NCBI GenBank assembly: GCA_964451605.1
Contig: CAYVJA010000007.1
Location: 1-62,154 of the forward strand
From: an uncultured Bacteroidales bacterium
Lineage (GTDB): Bacteria > Bacteroidota > Bacteroidia > Bacteroidales > UBA4181
Length of the DNA stretch: 62,154 bases
Reading direction: 5' to 3'
This document shows positions 1-9,946 of this stretch, piece by piece. Position 1 is the first letter of the stretch. Each line of letters opens with the position of its first letter. Position numbers and translations under genes: made by a program. The notes beneath the pieces are model-generated. The model did no database searches. It had not been told where the DNA came from and saw nothing but the letters and a program-made list of their open reading frames with translations.

Positions 1-433
1 CGATAATCAGCGAGATACCCCCCTTCCCTGTGACCTCCTCCTCGGCAGTGGCGGCATAGATGAGGTTAAAGGAGCCCTCCTTCTTTTCGGCAAAATGGAG
101 AAACACCATCAGAAGCGATACCAGCGAGGCGCCGGCATCGTTGCTGCCCAATCCGTAAAGGCGGTTGGCCTCAATCACGGGAGTAAAGGGATCACGGCTC
201 CAGGAGGAGGTGGGTTTAACGGTATCGTGATGTGAATTGAGCAGGATCGTGGGAAGCGCCGGGTCGATGAAATGGGTGGTCCACACATTGTTTCCCTTGC
301 GCGATACCTTGCACCCGTTATGTTGCAGAATCTCTGCCAGCAGATGCGCGGTTTTATCCTCATCGCGACTGACCGACGGAATCGCGACGAGTTGTTTCAG
401 GTATTCAATGGCGGTCTGTGCGTACTCGTTCAT
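1..433 (-). CDS. M20-family metallopeptidase (ArgE/DapE-like), N-terminal fragment cut by the window edge
   Basis: Not in the supplied track because it runs off the left edge. Manual minus-strand translation from ATG at 433: MNEYAQTAIEYLKQLVAIPSVSRDEDKTAHLLAEILQHNGCKVSRKGNNVWTTHFIDPALPTILLNSHHDTVKPTSSWSRDPFT... The LNSHxDTV block and overall N-terminus are typical of acetylornithine deacetylase / succinyl-DAP desuccinylase type M20 enzymes. Confidence 0.7.
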   Translation of the reverse strand, partial: MNEYAQTAIEYLKQLVAIPSVSRDEDKTAHLLAEILQHNGCKVSRKGNNVWTTHFIDPALPTILLNSHHDTVKPTSSWSRDPFTPVIEANRLYGLGSNDAGASLVSLLMVFLHFAEKKEGSFNLIYAATAEEEVTGKGGISLII

Positions 434-630
434 GCTGCAAAAGTCAATTTAAACCCCAGTCGGAAAGCCGGCCCGTTAATAGGGATGGTATCCGGGTACA
501 AACCTATAAAATATATTCGTTTGGCGTTGCTGCCGATATGTCCTTTTCGGATGAACTGCGGGAGGTGTACTGCCGTATTTTGACGGATAACCCTGATTTT
601 CTTGTTATCTTGCACCACAATTTATCTGCT

Positions 631-2970
631 ATGAATCGCCTTCCGTGTATGATGTGTAATTCCGGAAAACAGCTGTTTTCCAGAGTCGCCGGGCTGCTCT
701 TTATTCTTCTCATCTTCCACACAGCGCCTCTCTCTGCCCAGGAGAAGGTGGGGCTGGTGTTAAGCGGAGGAGGAGCAAAGGGGATCTCGCATATAGGGGT
801 GATTCAGGCGCTCGAAGAGAACAATATCCCCATCGATTATATTACCGGAACCTCTATGGGAGCCATCGTGGGCGCTCTCTACGCTATCGGCTATTCACCC
901 TCCGAAATGCTCGAACTGATCACATCGCCCGATTTTATGCGCTGGTCGAAGGGTGATGTCGAGGAAGATTACGGTTTTTTCGCCTATCGTCAGGATGCCC
1001 GGCCCAGCTTTCTTTCAGTGCGCTTTTCGGCCGACAGTGCCAAACTTCGGCCTGTGTTGCCCAATCATCTGGTCTCTACTTACCCCATGGATATGGCGCT
1101 CATCAGGATATTTGCCACCTCCACGGCATATTCCGGCACCAATTTCGACAGTCTCTTTGTGCCTTTCCGGTGTGTGGCTTCCGATATTAACGGGGGGAGA
1201 GCCTTTGTGTTCAGAAAGGGCGATCTGGGCACGGCCGTAAGGGCCTCCATGAGTTATCCGGCCTATTTTAAGCCTCTTGTGGCAGACTCTATGCTCCTTT
1301 TCGACGGGGGCATCTACGATAATTTCCCCGTGGGGGTGATGGAGTCCGATTTCTCGCCCCACTTTATTATCGGGAGCAACTGCTCGGGGAAGACCCCCAA
1401 CGCCGGTGAGGATGATATCTTCATTGCCCTGGAGAATATGATTATGCGCGAAACCCACTATGAGGTGCCCGCAGAAAAGGGCATTCTCGTTACCACTTCG
1501 CTGGAGGATGTGGGCATCATGGATTTTTCACGGGCAAAGGAAATATACAAGAGAGGATACGATGTCACCATGCAGATGATCGATTCCATCCGCTCCCGGG
1601 TTCCTTCCCGCCGTCTGCTCTACAATGTGAATCGCAGGCGAATTCTCTATCGGGCGGATTTGCCGCCATTGATCTTCCGGAGTGTTCAGGTTACAGAGGG
1701 GAATCTGTTACCCAAACAGAGCGCTTTTGTGGAGAAAACCATCAGCGATAATGAACGAAAGAACCTTACCTTTAATCAGCTGAAGGAGAAGTATTTTAAA
1801 CTCATCGGTACCGGAAATGTGAGTACCTGTTACCCGGTGGCAGTTTTCGATTCGGCAGACCACTCCTTCGATGTGCAGATCAGGGCCAACCGGGGCCATG
1901 TGGCCCGATTGAGCCTGGGAGGGAATATTTCCTCTTCGCTCGCCAATCAGGGCTACCTGGGTGCCGAGTTTAGAGGTTGGGGCAATGCCGCCACCCGCGT
2001 AAATGGCGATTTTTTTATTGGCCGCATCTACAACTCCATTCAGTTTTCTGTACGTCAGGATTACCCCTTCCGGCATCCCATTTTCTATGAAGCGTGGGGT
2101 ACTTTTACGCGGCGCGACTATTACACGTCGGGTAACCAATCGGTCTTTCTCGATATGGGGCTTCACAATCGACGGGAGGATGATGGTCATATCGGGCTGA
2201 AGGTGGGTTTCCCCTTTCTCAGAAATGGCTCTTTTAAGTTGGGCTCTACCATCGGACAGCTTTCTACGCGGGTAGAGTCGTCTCTCTTTGCCGATGCCGT
2301 TTCGGGCTTCGAAAAGTACCGGTTTACCTTTTTTACCTTTTCGGCCGGCTTCGAGAAAAATACCCTTAATTTCCCGCACTATGCCACACGGGGGCGTCAC
2401 CAAATAGTTGAGTTCTATTTTCTTGGAGGAAAAGAGCGCTATGAAGGCGGGGTGCAGATACCGGCTCCCCCTTCCATCTCGTTATCGCGTCCGGTGCTGA
2501 AACTTAAGCAGGAACTATACGCCAAGATGTCGAATCATTTTGTTCTGGGAACCCATTTCGAAGGGGCCTGGTCGGTCAGAAGCCGATTTTTGTCGTACTA
2601 TTCTGCGCTTGGGGTGTTGCCCACCTTTACCCCCTCTGCCCACAGTACCCTTCTGCTCCTGGAAGACTACCGAAGCCATAGTTGGCTGGCCGCGGGGGTG
2701 ATTCCGGTCTGGAAGTTTAACGACTATTTGTCGTTCAGGGTGGGCGCTTACTACTATCAGCCGGTAAGGTCGCCTCATCCCGGTGACGGGAATCTGATAG
2801 AATGGAGTGACCGCTGGCCCGACCCTGCCGTGATGGGGTACTCAGCGCTTTCGTTCCTTTCGCCGGTGGGCCCCATTACCTTCTCAGTCAACTATTATGA
2901 GAAGGGGCCGCAGCGTCTGGTCTTCCTGTTTAATGTGGGATACACCCTCTATAATCGAAAAGGCTTTTAA
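631..2970 (+). CDS. patatin-like phospholipase fused to a C-terminal outer-membrane beta-barrel (Omp85/surface-antigen-like) domain
   Basis: Track ORF 418..2970. I prefer ATG 631 (MNRLPC..., followed by the hydrophobic signal LLFILLIFHTAPLSAQ). Patatin motifs are GGGAKG, GTSMG (nucleophile elbow) and DGG in LLFDGGIYDN. The C-terminal half is rich in alternating aromatic strands and ends ...GYTLYNRKGF, with the terminal Phe typical of OM barrels. Confidence 0.8.
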   Translation: MNRLPCMMCNSGKQLFSRVAGLLFILLIFHTAPLSAQEKVGLVLSGGGAKGISHIGVIQALEENNIPIDYITGTSMGAIVGALYAIGYSPSEMLELITSPDFMRWSKGDVEEDYGFFAYRQDARPSFLSVRFSADSAKLRPVLPNHLVSTYPMDMALIRIFATSTAYSGTNFDSLFVPFRCVASDINGGRAFVFRKGDLGTAVRASMSYPAYFKPLVADSMLLFDGGIYDNFPVGVMESDFSPHFIIGSNCSGKTPNAGEDDIFIALENMIMRETHYEVPAEKGILVTTSLEDVGIMDFSRAKEIYKRGYDVTMQMIDSIRSRVPSRRLLYNVNRRRILYRADLPPLIFRSVQVTEGNLLPKQSAFVEKTISDNERKNLTFNQLKEKYFKLIGTGNVSTCYPVAVFDSADHSFDVQIRANRGHVARLSLGGNISSSLANQGYLGAEFRGWGNAATRVNGDFFIGRIYNSIQFSVRQDYPFRHPIFYEAWGTFTRRDYYTSGNQSVFLDMGLHNRREDDGHIGLKVGFPFLRNGSFKLGSTIGQLSTRVESSLFADAVSGFEKYRFTFFTFSAGFEKNTLNFPHYATRGRHQIVEFYFLGGKERYEGGVQIPAPPSISLSRPVLKLKQELYAKMSNHFVLGTHFEGAWSVRSRFLSYYSALGVLPTFTPSAHSTLLLLEDYRSHSWLAAGVIPVWKFNDYLSFRVGAYYYQPVRSPHPGDGNLIEWSDRWPDPAVMGYSALSFLSPVGPITFSVNYYEKGPQRLVFLFNVGYTLYNRKGF

Positions 2971-2972
2971 CG

Positions 2973-3665
2973 GTGATGAAGGCGATTGCACCGCTTCGCG
3001 ATCTGCTTCATCTCTTTTTTCCTCCGCTCTGCCCGGGATGCGGTTCTATGCTCACTAAGGGAGAGCCCTTCCTTTGTATGCAATGCACCTGCCGGTTGCC
3101 TCGTACCCATTTTCAGAATTGGCCCGATAATCCGGTGGCTTCTCTTTTTTGGGGCCGTGTTCGGGTAGAGCAGGCTACGGCCTGGTGTCTTTTTCAGAAG
3201 GAGAGTCTGTTTCGAGGTCTTATCCATACGTTGAAGTATGGCGATAACCCGGAGCTGGGAGTAGCATTGGGTCGGGCTTTTGCCCGCGACCTGGAGGGAT
3301 CGGGCTTTCAGCTTTGCGACGGTCTGGTTCCGGTACCTCTGCATGAAAAGAAACGCAGGGTCAGGGGCTATAACCAGAGTGAGAGGATAGCCGCGGGTAT
3401 GGCGAGTGTGCTCAGAATGCCGGTCATTTTCGATCTGTTGGAGCGACATGCCGGACAGGCTACCCAAACCCGCAGACATCGGTACGAACGATGGGAAAAT
3501 GTGGAAAGAAGTTTCTCATTACGCGAGGCAAAACGCGCCGAAGGAAAACACCTGTTGCTGGTGGATGATGTAGTTACCACGGGGGCCACACTCGAGGCCT
3601 GTGCGCAGTTGCTGCTCACTATTCCACAGGTGCGGGTGAGTATTGCGGTTCTGGGTGTGGCCTAA
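2973..3665 (+). CDS. comF: ComF-family protein (phosphoribosyltransferase-fold, ComFC-like)
   Basis: N-terminal double CxxC (CPGCGS...CMQC) and the C-terminal PRTase loop LLLVDDVVTTGATLEA. Starts 3 nt after the patatin gene stop. Confidence 0.8.
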   Translation: MMKAIAPLRDLLHLFFPPLCPGCGSMLTKGEPFLCMQCTCRLPRTHFQNWPDNPVASLFWGRVRVEQATAWCLFQKESLFRGLIHTLKYGDNPELGVALGRAFARDLEGSGFQLCDGLVPVPLHEKKRRVRGYNQSERIAAGMASVLRMPVIFDLLERHAGQATQTRRHRYERWENVERSFSLREAKRAEGKHLLLVDDVVTTGATLEACAQLLLTIPQVRVSIAVLGVA

Positions 3666-4315
3666 ACTTTATGGCTCAGGTATCGGTCGAGCCCCTGTTT
3701 GCGAAGTCTGCAGGCAGGACAGTGGCCGCATCCTTCGGCCGGGATTCCGTTGTAACAGGTAAGGGTCTCCTTCCGGATCAGGTCGAAGACGCCCAGCTCA
3801 TCGGCCAGAGCCCAGGTTTTCTCTTTGTCGAGCCACATGAGCGGGGTGTGAATGGTAAAGGGAAAGTCCATGGCACGGCTTAGGCTCTCCCGGGCAGAGA
3901 GGATAAAAGGTTCCCGGCAGTCGGGGTAACCGCTGTAGTCGGTCTGCGATACGCCGATGACCAGATTGTGAATACCCTTTTCGTAGGCAGACATTGCGGC
4001 TATGGTAAGAAACAACAGATTTCTGCCCGGAACAAAGGTGTTGGGCGGGGCTCCGGTTGTACTCTCCTGAATTTCGATATGATTTTTCGTCAGCGCGTTC
4101 TGTGAATCGGAGAAAATAGGGGAGAGCTCTTTAACGGTTACAGGAACTTCGGCAATTTGGGCCATACGCAAGGCAATCTCCGTTTCTTGCGCATGCCGTT
4201 GCCCGTAGCGAAAGGTGATAGCATACACCTGTTCGAATTGCTTTTTTGCCCAGAAGAGGCAGGTGGAGGAGTCTTGGCCGCCCGAAAGCAGCACCATGCA
4301 GGATGAAGAGGTCAT
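3662..4315 (-). CDS. queC: 7-cyano-7-deazaguanine synthase QueC
   Basis: PP-loop VLLSGGQDSSTC and C-terminal zinc motif CGHCPACRLR. Track ORF extends to 4345; ATG at 4315 (MTSSSCMVLLSGG...) fits usual QueC N-termini better, but the start is uncertain. Confidence 0.85.
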   Translation of the reverse strand: MTSSSCMVLLSGGQDSSTCLFWAKKQFEQVYAITFRYGQRHAQETEIALRMAQIAEVPVTVKELSPIFSDSQNALTKNHIEIQESTTGAPPNTFVPGRNLLFLTIAAMSAYEKGIHNLVIGVSQTDYSGYPDCREPFILSARESLSRAMDFPFTIHTPLMWLDKEKTWALADELGVFDLIRKETLTCYNGIPAEGCGHCPACRLRKQGLDRYLSHKV

Positions 4316-4434
4316 AGACTTGTTTTTTACGTGGTTTTCAAGCACACGGAGGGCCTGTTTACAGCCTGTTGTCTTGCGAAAATCGGGTACAAACGTAACA
4401 AAGTTTTTCCGAAAACCGCTACATTAGCACCCAT

Positions 4435-5142
4435 GTGATGAATCTCTGGCGTATGGAAGCTGTAAACCCCCGGATTGAGGCCACCTGGAAAGAGGCCTTG
4501 TTGGATGAATTTTCGGCCCCCTATTTTGCCCGGCTGAAATCCTTTCTGGTTGAGGAAAAAAGCCGGTATGCGGTGTATCCTCCCGGAAATCTGATATTTA
4601 ATGCCTTCAATCTCACTCCGCTTCCAAGGGTAAAGGTGGTTATTCTGGGACAGGATCCCTACCATGGCCCCGGACAGGCACACGGGCTCTGCTTTTCGGT
4701 TCCCCCGGGGGTTCAGCCGCCCCCTTCACTGAAGAATATTTACAAGGAGCTGGAATCGGATCTGGGATATCCGGTTCCATCGCACGGTACGCTTACAGCC
4801 TGGGCCGAACAAGGGGTCTTTTTGTTGAATGCTACCCTTACGGTTAGGGCAGCAAGCGCGGGCTCACACCAAAAAATGGGGTGGGAGCAGTTTACCGACA
4901 AGGTGATTTCAACCCTTTCACAGAGGCAGTCGCATCTTGTGTTTATGCTCTGGGGGCGCTACGCGCAGGCAAAGGTGTCGCTGATTGATACAACAAAACA
5001 TTGTGTGCTTACTGCCGCTCACCCCTCTCCGTTATCGGCCTACCAGGGCTTTTTGGGCTGCGGCCACTTCTCGGCTGCCAACCGTTACCTGAAGGCTCAC
5101 GGTATAGAGCCCGTCAACTGGCGTCTGCCCGATAATCCCTGA
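4435..5142 (+). CDS. ung: uracil-DNA glycosylase (family 1)
   Basis: Motifs [22 protein letters not shown] and AAHPSPLSA. Length about 230 aa. Confidence 0.9.
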   Translation: MMNLWRMEAVNPRIEATWKEALLDEFSAPYFARLKSFLVEEKSRYAVYPPGNLIFNAFNLTPLPRVKVVILGQDPYHGPGQAHGLCFSVPPGVQPPPSLKNIYKELESDLGYPVPSHGTLTAWAEQGVFLLNATLTVRAASAGSHQKMGWEQFTDKVISTLSQRQSHLVFMLWGRYAQAKVSLIDTTKHCVLTAAHPSPLSAYQGFLGCGHFSAANRYLKAHGIEPVNWRLPDNP

Positions 5143-5219
5143 TGAAGGCACGAAAAATGCCTCCCCTGTGGGGATAATCAGCTAACTGTCGGTAACGGTA
5201 CAATACCGGTGCGAGAAAG

Positions 5220-6248
5220 TTACTTTGTAACGGTGCTGTCTGCGGGCGATTGATCCGATTCGTCGGGAAACGAGAGCGAGTAGAGAATTGCCTCCAACTG
5301 ACGGACATAATTCCTTTTCTCTTCGGAGGGGGCAAATACAAAACCCTCGACGGTTACTATCCGATTCCGGCGGGTATCTACGGTAGAGAGCTGAACAAAG
5401 GGGCCGCCCATGATGTAGTTCTCCATTTTCCACAGTCCTCTTATCGTGGCAAAATAGCGATTGTTCACCGTCTCTTCCCTGAAAACAGGGATAGCGAAAG
5501 TGAGTTCGGTGGTCATATAAGAGTCTTTGTTGGGGCCGGGAACGTTTTGCTTAGCCACCTCATTTCGTTTGGCAATGAGCATGCCGGGCGAGAGTTGTAA
5601 CTCATCGGTATAGGGATACTCCCAGATGAGCAGGTGCATTTTGACTTTACGCCCCTCCGAGGTAAGCCAGGCGAATCCTTTTTCGCGCGAATCGAGTACA
5701 AACCCTCCAGGGATATCGAGCGAAATGTTGAACTGCGATAAGAGCTCACCAGCTATTTTCTGATCTTTAAGTTTCTTGTAAATGGCGGCCATCCGCGATT
5801 TTTCGCTCTCTGCCAGCAGGTCAAGCAGCGACTGTGCCTGCGTTCCAAGAACCTGCAACAACTCCTCGCTGCTTTTTGCCGAAGCCTGCAATACAATTTG
5901 TGGCTCGGCCCAAACATCTCTTCGTACGCGGATATCGTTGGTTGAAGCCGAATCAATTTTTACAATCAGGATGTTACGGTGCTGATAGTAGGAGCCTCTG
6001 AACCCTTCGACAGTTCTGTGTATCGGGTCGAACGAAGCTTCCGGTTGGGGAAGCCCCTCGACGGAGGTGTTCAGAATGGCTTTAACGGAGTCGCCTACGA
6101 TACCTTGCCACAGAGGATCATCACACACAACCAGCACCTCACCGGCTCTGCCCGAAACGGTAGGGAGCGATCCCTTCGGAGCGCTGTTGCATCCCCATAC
6201 TGAGAGCAGGGCCAGTATGCCGATAAGTAGTTGCTTTATCCGTATCAT
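5220..6248 (-). CDS. DUF4837-like lipoprotein, function unknown
   Basis: I use the internal ATG at 6248 (MIRIKQLLIGILALLSVWGCNS, lipobox-Cys). The longer track ORF to 6368 would overlap tatA. The family assignment is from memory of Bacteroidota DUF4837 proteins (GRAGEVLVVCDD..W, GLPQPE blocks). Confidence 0.5.
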   Translation of the reverse strand: MIRIKQLLIGILALLSVWGCNSAPKGSLPTVSGRAGEVLVVCDDPLWQGIVGDSVKAILNTSVEGLPQPEASFDPIHRTVEGFRGSYYQHRNILIVKIDSASTNDIRVRRDVWAEPQIVLQASAKSSEELLQVLGTQAQSLLDLLAESEKSRMAAIYKKLKDQKIAGELLSQFNISLDIPGGFVLDSREKGFAWLTSEGRKVKMHLLIWEYPYTDELQLSPGMLIAKRNEVAKQNVPGPNKDSYMTTELTFAIPVFREETVNNRYFATIRGLWKMENYIMGGPFVQLSTVDTRRNRIVTVEGFVFAPSEEKRNYVRQLEAILYSLSFPDESDQSPADSTVTK

Positions 6249-6273
6249 AGGCTTTTCCCCAATAGAAGAGCGA

Positions 6274-6483
6274 TTACTCCTTCTTATCCGATTCCAGGCT
6301 TTTATCTTTTTTTGCCTCACCTTCGGGGTTCTTCGAAGCCTCCTTGAACTCCTTAATACCCTGGCCAAGCCCCTTCATTAATTCGGGAATCTTCTTCCCT
6401 CCAAAGAGCAGCAACAGCGCTACAACAACAATTACGGCCTGCCAGGGGCCGACGATACCAAGCAAAACAGCTGAAAAATTCAT
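6274..6483 (-). CDS. tatA: twin-arginine translocase subunit TatA/E
   Basis: 69 aa with one N-terminal TM helix followed by FGGKKIPELMKGLGQGIKEFK and an acidic/lysine-rich tail. Confidence 0.85.
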   Translation of the reverse strand: MNFSAVLLGIVGPWQAVIVVVALLLLFGGKKIPELMKGLGQGIKEFKEASKNPEGEAKKDKSLESDKKE

Positions 6484-6531
6484 TGTGTGAAATTTTGGAT
6501 GTGAGGGTACAAACGTATAAAAAAAACAGAC

Positions 6532-7845
6532 TTAGCGGAATAGTTTCAGAACATCATTTCCATTGGCGAAGATAAGCAAAGCAAAGAGAATAATCATCCC
6601 TGTAATCTGCGCATATTCCATCACCTTGTCGCTGGGTTTGCGACCCGTAACGATTTCGAAGAAGAGGAACATAAGATGCCCTCCGTCGAGTGCAGGTATG
6701 GGCAGAATATTCATAATGGCCAGAATAATAGAGAGGAAGGCGGTCATGCTCCAGAACGCTTCCCAGTTCCACTGGGCCGGGAAGATGCTGCCAATGGTAA
6801 TGAACCCTCCCAGCGATTCATAGGCCTTGTATTCGGGCTGAAAGAAGAGTTTAAACTGTTTGAGGTAGTTCGAGGCAGTAGCCATCCCTCTTTTTATACC
6901 TGCAGGAATCGACTCGAGGATGCCGTATTCAACCGTTTTATAGGTGACAAACGACGCCGTGTCGCGAATTACCCCAATCTGCCCTTCGGGGGTGAGGGTG
7001 GCGGTCACCGAAAGGGTATCGGTTCCTCTCACCACGCTCAATTGGGCAGCCTGGCCTTTCAACCGGGCAAAGGCTCTCTGCACTTCGTGCGAGAAGAGGG
7101 CCGGAATGCCATTGACCCCAATGATACGGTCGCCGGGCTGAAGCCCCGCCTTTTCGGCAGGCGAATCCTTAACCACCTCAGCAATCTGAAAGGGGAGCCG
7201 GGGTGAGATAAATCCTTTGGCCTGAATCAGGCGGGCTACAAAATCGGCCGGGAGTTCTATCTCCTGGCGGTTTCCGTTCCGGAGAATCTGAATGGTTTTG
7301 GCCTCTTCAAGCAGCAAGGTGGTGGCTATGGCATTAAACCGCTCAACCGGTACATTGTCGATAGAGAGAATCTGATCGCCGTCCTGAAGTCCGGCATAGA
7401 GGGCAAGTGAATCGGCGGCAATGCCGTATTTGAGTTCGTTGGCAGGCAGATACGATTCTCCCCAATGGAAGAGAATTACCACATAGAGGAAGAGAGCCAG
7501 CAGAAAGTTTACAAAAACACCGGCAAACATAATCCAGAATCGCTGCCACACACTTTTCGACCGGAACTCCCAGGGTTGGGGAGGTTGGCTCATCTGCTCC
7601 TTGTCCATCGATTCATCTATCATCCCGGAGATTTTCACATATCCCCCCAGAGGAATCCAGCCCACTCCATACTCCGTTTCGCCCTTATTAAATTGGAACA
7701 ACGAGAACCAGGGGTCGAAAAAGAGGTAGAACTTCTCTACCCTGGTTTTGAAGAGCTTAGCAAAGAAAAAGTGGCCAAATTCGTGCGCCACAATGAGAAT
7801 GGAGAGGCTTAGGATAAACTGAAGGACTTTTACAAGGATTTCCAT
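6532..7845 (-). CDS. rseP: RIP metalloprotease RseP (site-2 protease, M50)
   Basis: HEFGHF zinc motif in the first TM segment, PDZ-like central region, LPIPALDGG motif near the C-terminus. Adjacent to dxr, as in many bacteria. Confidence 0.9.
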   Translation of the reverse strand: MEILVKVLQFILSLSILIVAHEFGHFFFAKLFKTRVEKFYLFFDPWFSLFQFNKGETEYGVGWIPLGGYVKISGMIDESMDKEQMSQPPQPWEFRSKSVWQRFWIMFAGVFVNFLLALFLYVVILFHWGESYLPANELKYGIAADSLALYAGLQDGDQILSIDNVPVERFNAIATTLLLEEAKTIQILRNGNRQEIELPADFVARLIQAKGFISPRLPFQIAEVVKDSPAEKAGLQPGDRIIGVNGIPALFSHEVQRAFARLKGQAAQLSVVRGTDTLSVTATLTPEGQIGVIRDTASFVTYKTVEYGILESIPAGIKRGMATASNYLKQFKLFFQPEYKAYESLGGFITIGSIFPAQWNWEAFWSMTAFLSIILAIMNILPIPALDGGHLMFLFFEIVTGRKPSDKVMEYAQITGMIILFALLIFANGNDVLKLFR

Positions 7846-7869
7846 GAAGTGGATATTTAGACAGATAAG

Positions 7870-9039
7870 TTAACGAGCCATCTTTTTGAGAAACGATTCC
7901 GCCAGGCGTCCCGCTTCAAGATGAGTCTCTTCGTAATCGGTAATAGAGGGCGAAGATATAAAGGAAAGTCGATCCATAACCCTTTCTATCAGTTCGGGCA
8001 TTTGTAGAAAGGCGATTTTCTCCTCCAAAAAGGCTCTAACCACTGTTTCGTTGGCCGAATTGAGTCCGCAGGGGCAGTTGCCTCCCTTTGCGAGGGCCTC
8101 CTCGGCGAGCCGAAGGTTGGGAAACCGTTCGCGATCGGGGAGCTCGAAGGTGAGAGGCGCACAGCGGGTAAAATCGAGGGCCGGCAATTCGGCCGATGGT
8201 CTGTGGGGGTAACTGAAGGCATGAAGGATGGGAAACCGCATATCGGGAAGCCCTATTTGAGCCTTCACCGAACCGTCGTGAAATTCCACCATCGAATGAA
8301 TAATGGACTGGGGGTGAATCACAACCTGAATCTTTTCGGGAACTATGTCGAAGAGCCATCGGGCTTCGATCATCTCTAATCCTTTATTCATCAGAGAGGC
8401 TGAATCGATGGTCACCTTTGCCCCCATATTCCAGTTAGGATGAGCCAGTGCTTCGCGACAGGTGACATACTGCAGTTGCTCTTTTGTCCTGGTACGGAAA
8501 GGTCCTCCGGATGCAGTAAGAATCAGCGATTTTACCGATGAGGGCTCCTCTCCCCGGAGGCACTGGAAGATGGCCGAATGCTCCGAATCAACCGGAAGAA
8601 TTCTCACCCCGTGTGCTCTGGCGGCCTCCATAATCAGTTCGCCCGCAACCACAAGCGTCTCTTTGTTGGCCAGTGCAATATCTTTTCCTGCTTTAATGGC
8701 GTGCAAAGTAGGGCGAAGTCCGGCGTAACCCACCATCGAGGTGAGTACCAGATTGACCTGCGGCAACGCTGCCACATCGAGTAGTGCCTCTTCACCTGCC
8801 AGCACCTCTGTCGGTTGCCCATCGAGTGCTCTTTTCAGTTGAGACGCCAGCGCTTTATTGGCAATGACCACCACCGAAGGCTTAAACCGCAGTGCCTGTT
8901 CAATGAGCAGTTCAATATTGTGATTTGCGGTTAAGACCTCTGCTTTAAAGAGATCGGGCCGCTTCGAGATAATGTCGAGCGCCTGAGTTCCGATTGAGCC
9001 GGTCGACCCCAGAATGGCAATACTTTTTCTGCTCTCCAT
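7870..9039 (-). CDS. dxr: 1-deoxy-D-xylulose-5-phosphate reductoisomerase
   Basis: ILGSTGSIGTQALD NADPH-binding N-terminus from ATG 9039 (MESRKSIAILGSTGS). Also the LANKE and HPNWNMG motifs. The track extension to 9141 overlaps the next gene. Confidence 0.9.
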   Translation of the reverse strand: MESRKSIAILGSTGSIGTQALDIISKRPDLFKAEVLTANHNIELLIEQALRFKPSVVVIANKALASQLKRALDGQPTEVLAGEEALLDVAALPQVNLVLTSMVGYAGLRPTLHAIKAGKDIALANKETLVVAGELIMEAARAHGVRILPVDSEHSAIFQCLRGEEPSSVKSLILTASGGPFRTRTKEQLQYVTCREALAHPNWNMGAKVTIDSASLMNKGLEMIEARWLFDIVPEKIQVVIHPQSIIHSMVEFHDGSVKAQIGLPDMRFPILHAFSYPHRPSAELPALDFTRCAPLTFELPDRERFPNLRLAEEALAKGGNCPCGLNSANETVVRAFLEEKIAFLQMPELIERVMDRLSFISSPSITDYEETHLEAGRLAESFLKKMAR

Positions 9040-9040
9040 C

Positions 9041-9901
9041 TTAAAATTGAATGTAATCTTCGGGATCGACAGCCACCCCGTTTTCCCAGAGTTCGAAGTG
9101 CAGATGAGGGCCGGTAGTCTCTTCGCCGGAGTTCCCCACAATGGCTATCACTTCGCCTGCACGTACCCGGTTCCCGATTCTCCCCAGCAGGCGTGCGTTG
9201 TGCTTGTATACCGTAAGTATATTATTGTTGTGCTGGATCATAATCACATACCCGGTGTCGAGCGTCCATGAAGCCATCACCACCGTGCCGTCGAGTACCG
9301 ATTTAACCATCTCGTTGGGAGCCGCTACGAGATCGACGCCCAAATGGCCCTGGGCCTTGTCGAATTTGTTAATTAACAGTCCCTTAATGGGTGGGAAAAA
9401 GTAGAGACGGCTCAAGTTCTCTCCCTCACCCGATGCTGAGAGGGCCACATTGAATCGTTCCTCCTCTTCTATCTGTTTCCTAAACAGCGAGTCTTCGGCA
9501 CTCTTACGGAATTCAATCTTCTTGTACACTAAACTGTCGCGGACCTGAGGCTGTGCGGTGGTTATGGTGTCTTCTTCGGAGATTACACGTAACAGGGCCG
9601 TCAGATAATCGTTTCGGTTTCTCACCTCCAGCTCGAGCGAGTCGAGTGTATACATCTGTGCGTAGATACTTCTTCGTGCCTCCTCATTGGGGTATCCCGG
9701 CAAGAATTCACGCAGCGGGGTGAAGAGCAGAACCACCAGAATCAGGGCTGTAGCCAGCAGACTCAGCGTGCCGATCAGCGACATCACGTTGAGGGGCGAC
9801 AATCTGAGATGCCATATCTCCTCAAAGGTCTGGTCGTTAAAAAAAACCAGCCGGTACTTATGGCTTAACGTCTTAAAAATTGTCTTCCTGATAGCAGGCA
9901 T
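9041..9901 (-). CDS. M23-family metallopeptidase (LytM domain) with N-terminal membrane anchor
   Basis: HLGVDL and GNSGEETTGPHLHFELW zinc-ligand motifs, with one TM helix (LIGTLSLLATALILVVLLF). Start at 9901 (MPAIRK) or 9937. Confidence 0.8.
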   Translation of the reverse strand: MPAIRKTIFKTLSHKYRLVFFNDQTFEEIWHLRLSPLNVMSLIGTLSLLATALILVVLLFTPLREFLPGYPNEEARRSIYAQMYTLDSLELEVRNRNDYLTALLRVISEEDTITTAQPQVRDSLVYKKIEFRKSAEDSLFRKQIEEEERFNVALSASGEGENLSRLYFFPPIKGLLINKFDKAQGHLGVDLVAAPNEMVKSVLDGTVVMASWTLDTGYVIMIQHNNNILTVYKHNARLLGRIGNRVRAGEVIAIVGNSGEETTGPHLHFELWENGVAVDPEDYIQF

Positions 9902-9946
9902 TGAGAAGGATTTATCGCACAAAAGTACACAAACCAACCGAAGATT

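Noticed and set aside
4346-4434. Riboswitch upstream of queC (preQ1), and likewise upstream of thiL (TPP) and purH
   Set aside because: I could not recognise the conserved cores of these riboswitch classes by eye. The spacers are short, and thiL is translationally overlapped with the preceding gene. A covariance-model scan would be needed to exclude them formally.
6249-6368. N-terminal extension of the DUF4837-like ORF, and similar long-start versions of dxr (to 9141), gpsA (to 34059), purH (from 36682), topA (to 19995), the dsbD-like gene (to 25442) and NifX-like copy 2 (to 58174)
   Set aside because: The extensions overlap the upstream gene or consist of Arg-rich junk. Internal ATGs give canonical N-termini (signal peptides, Rossmann or toprim motifs).
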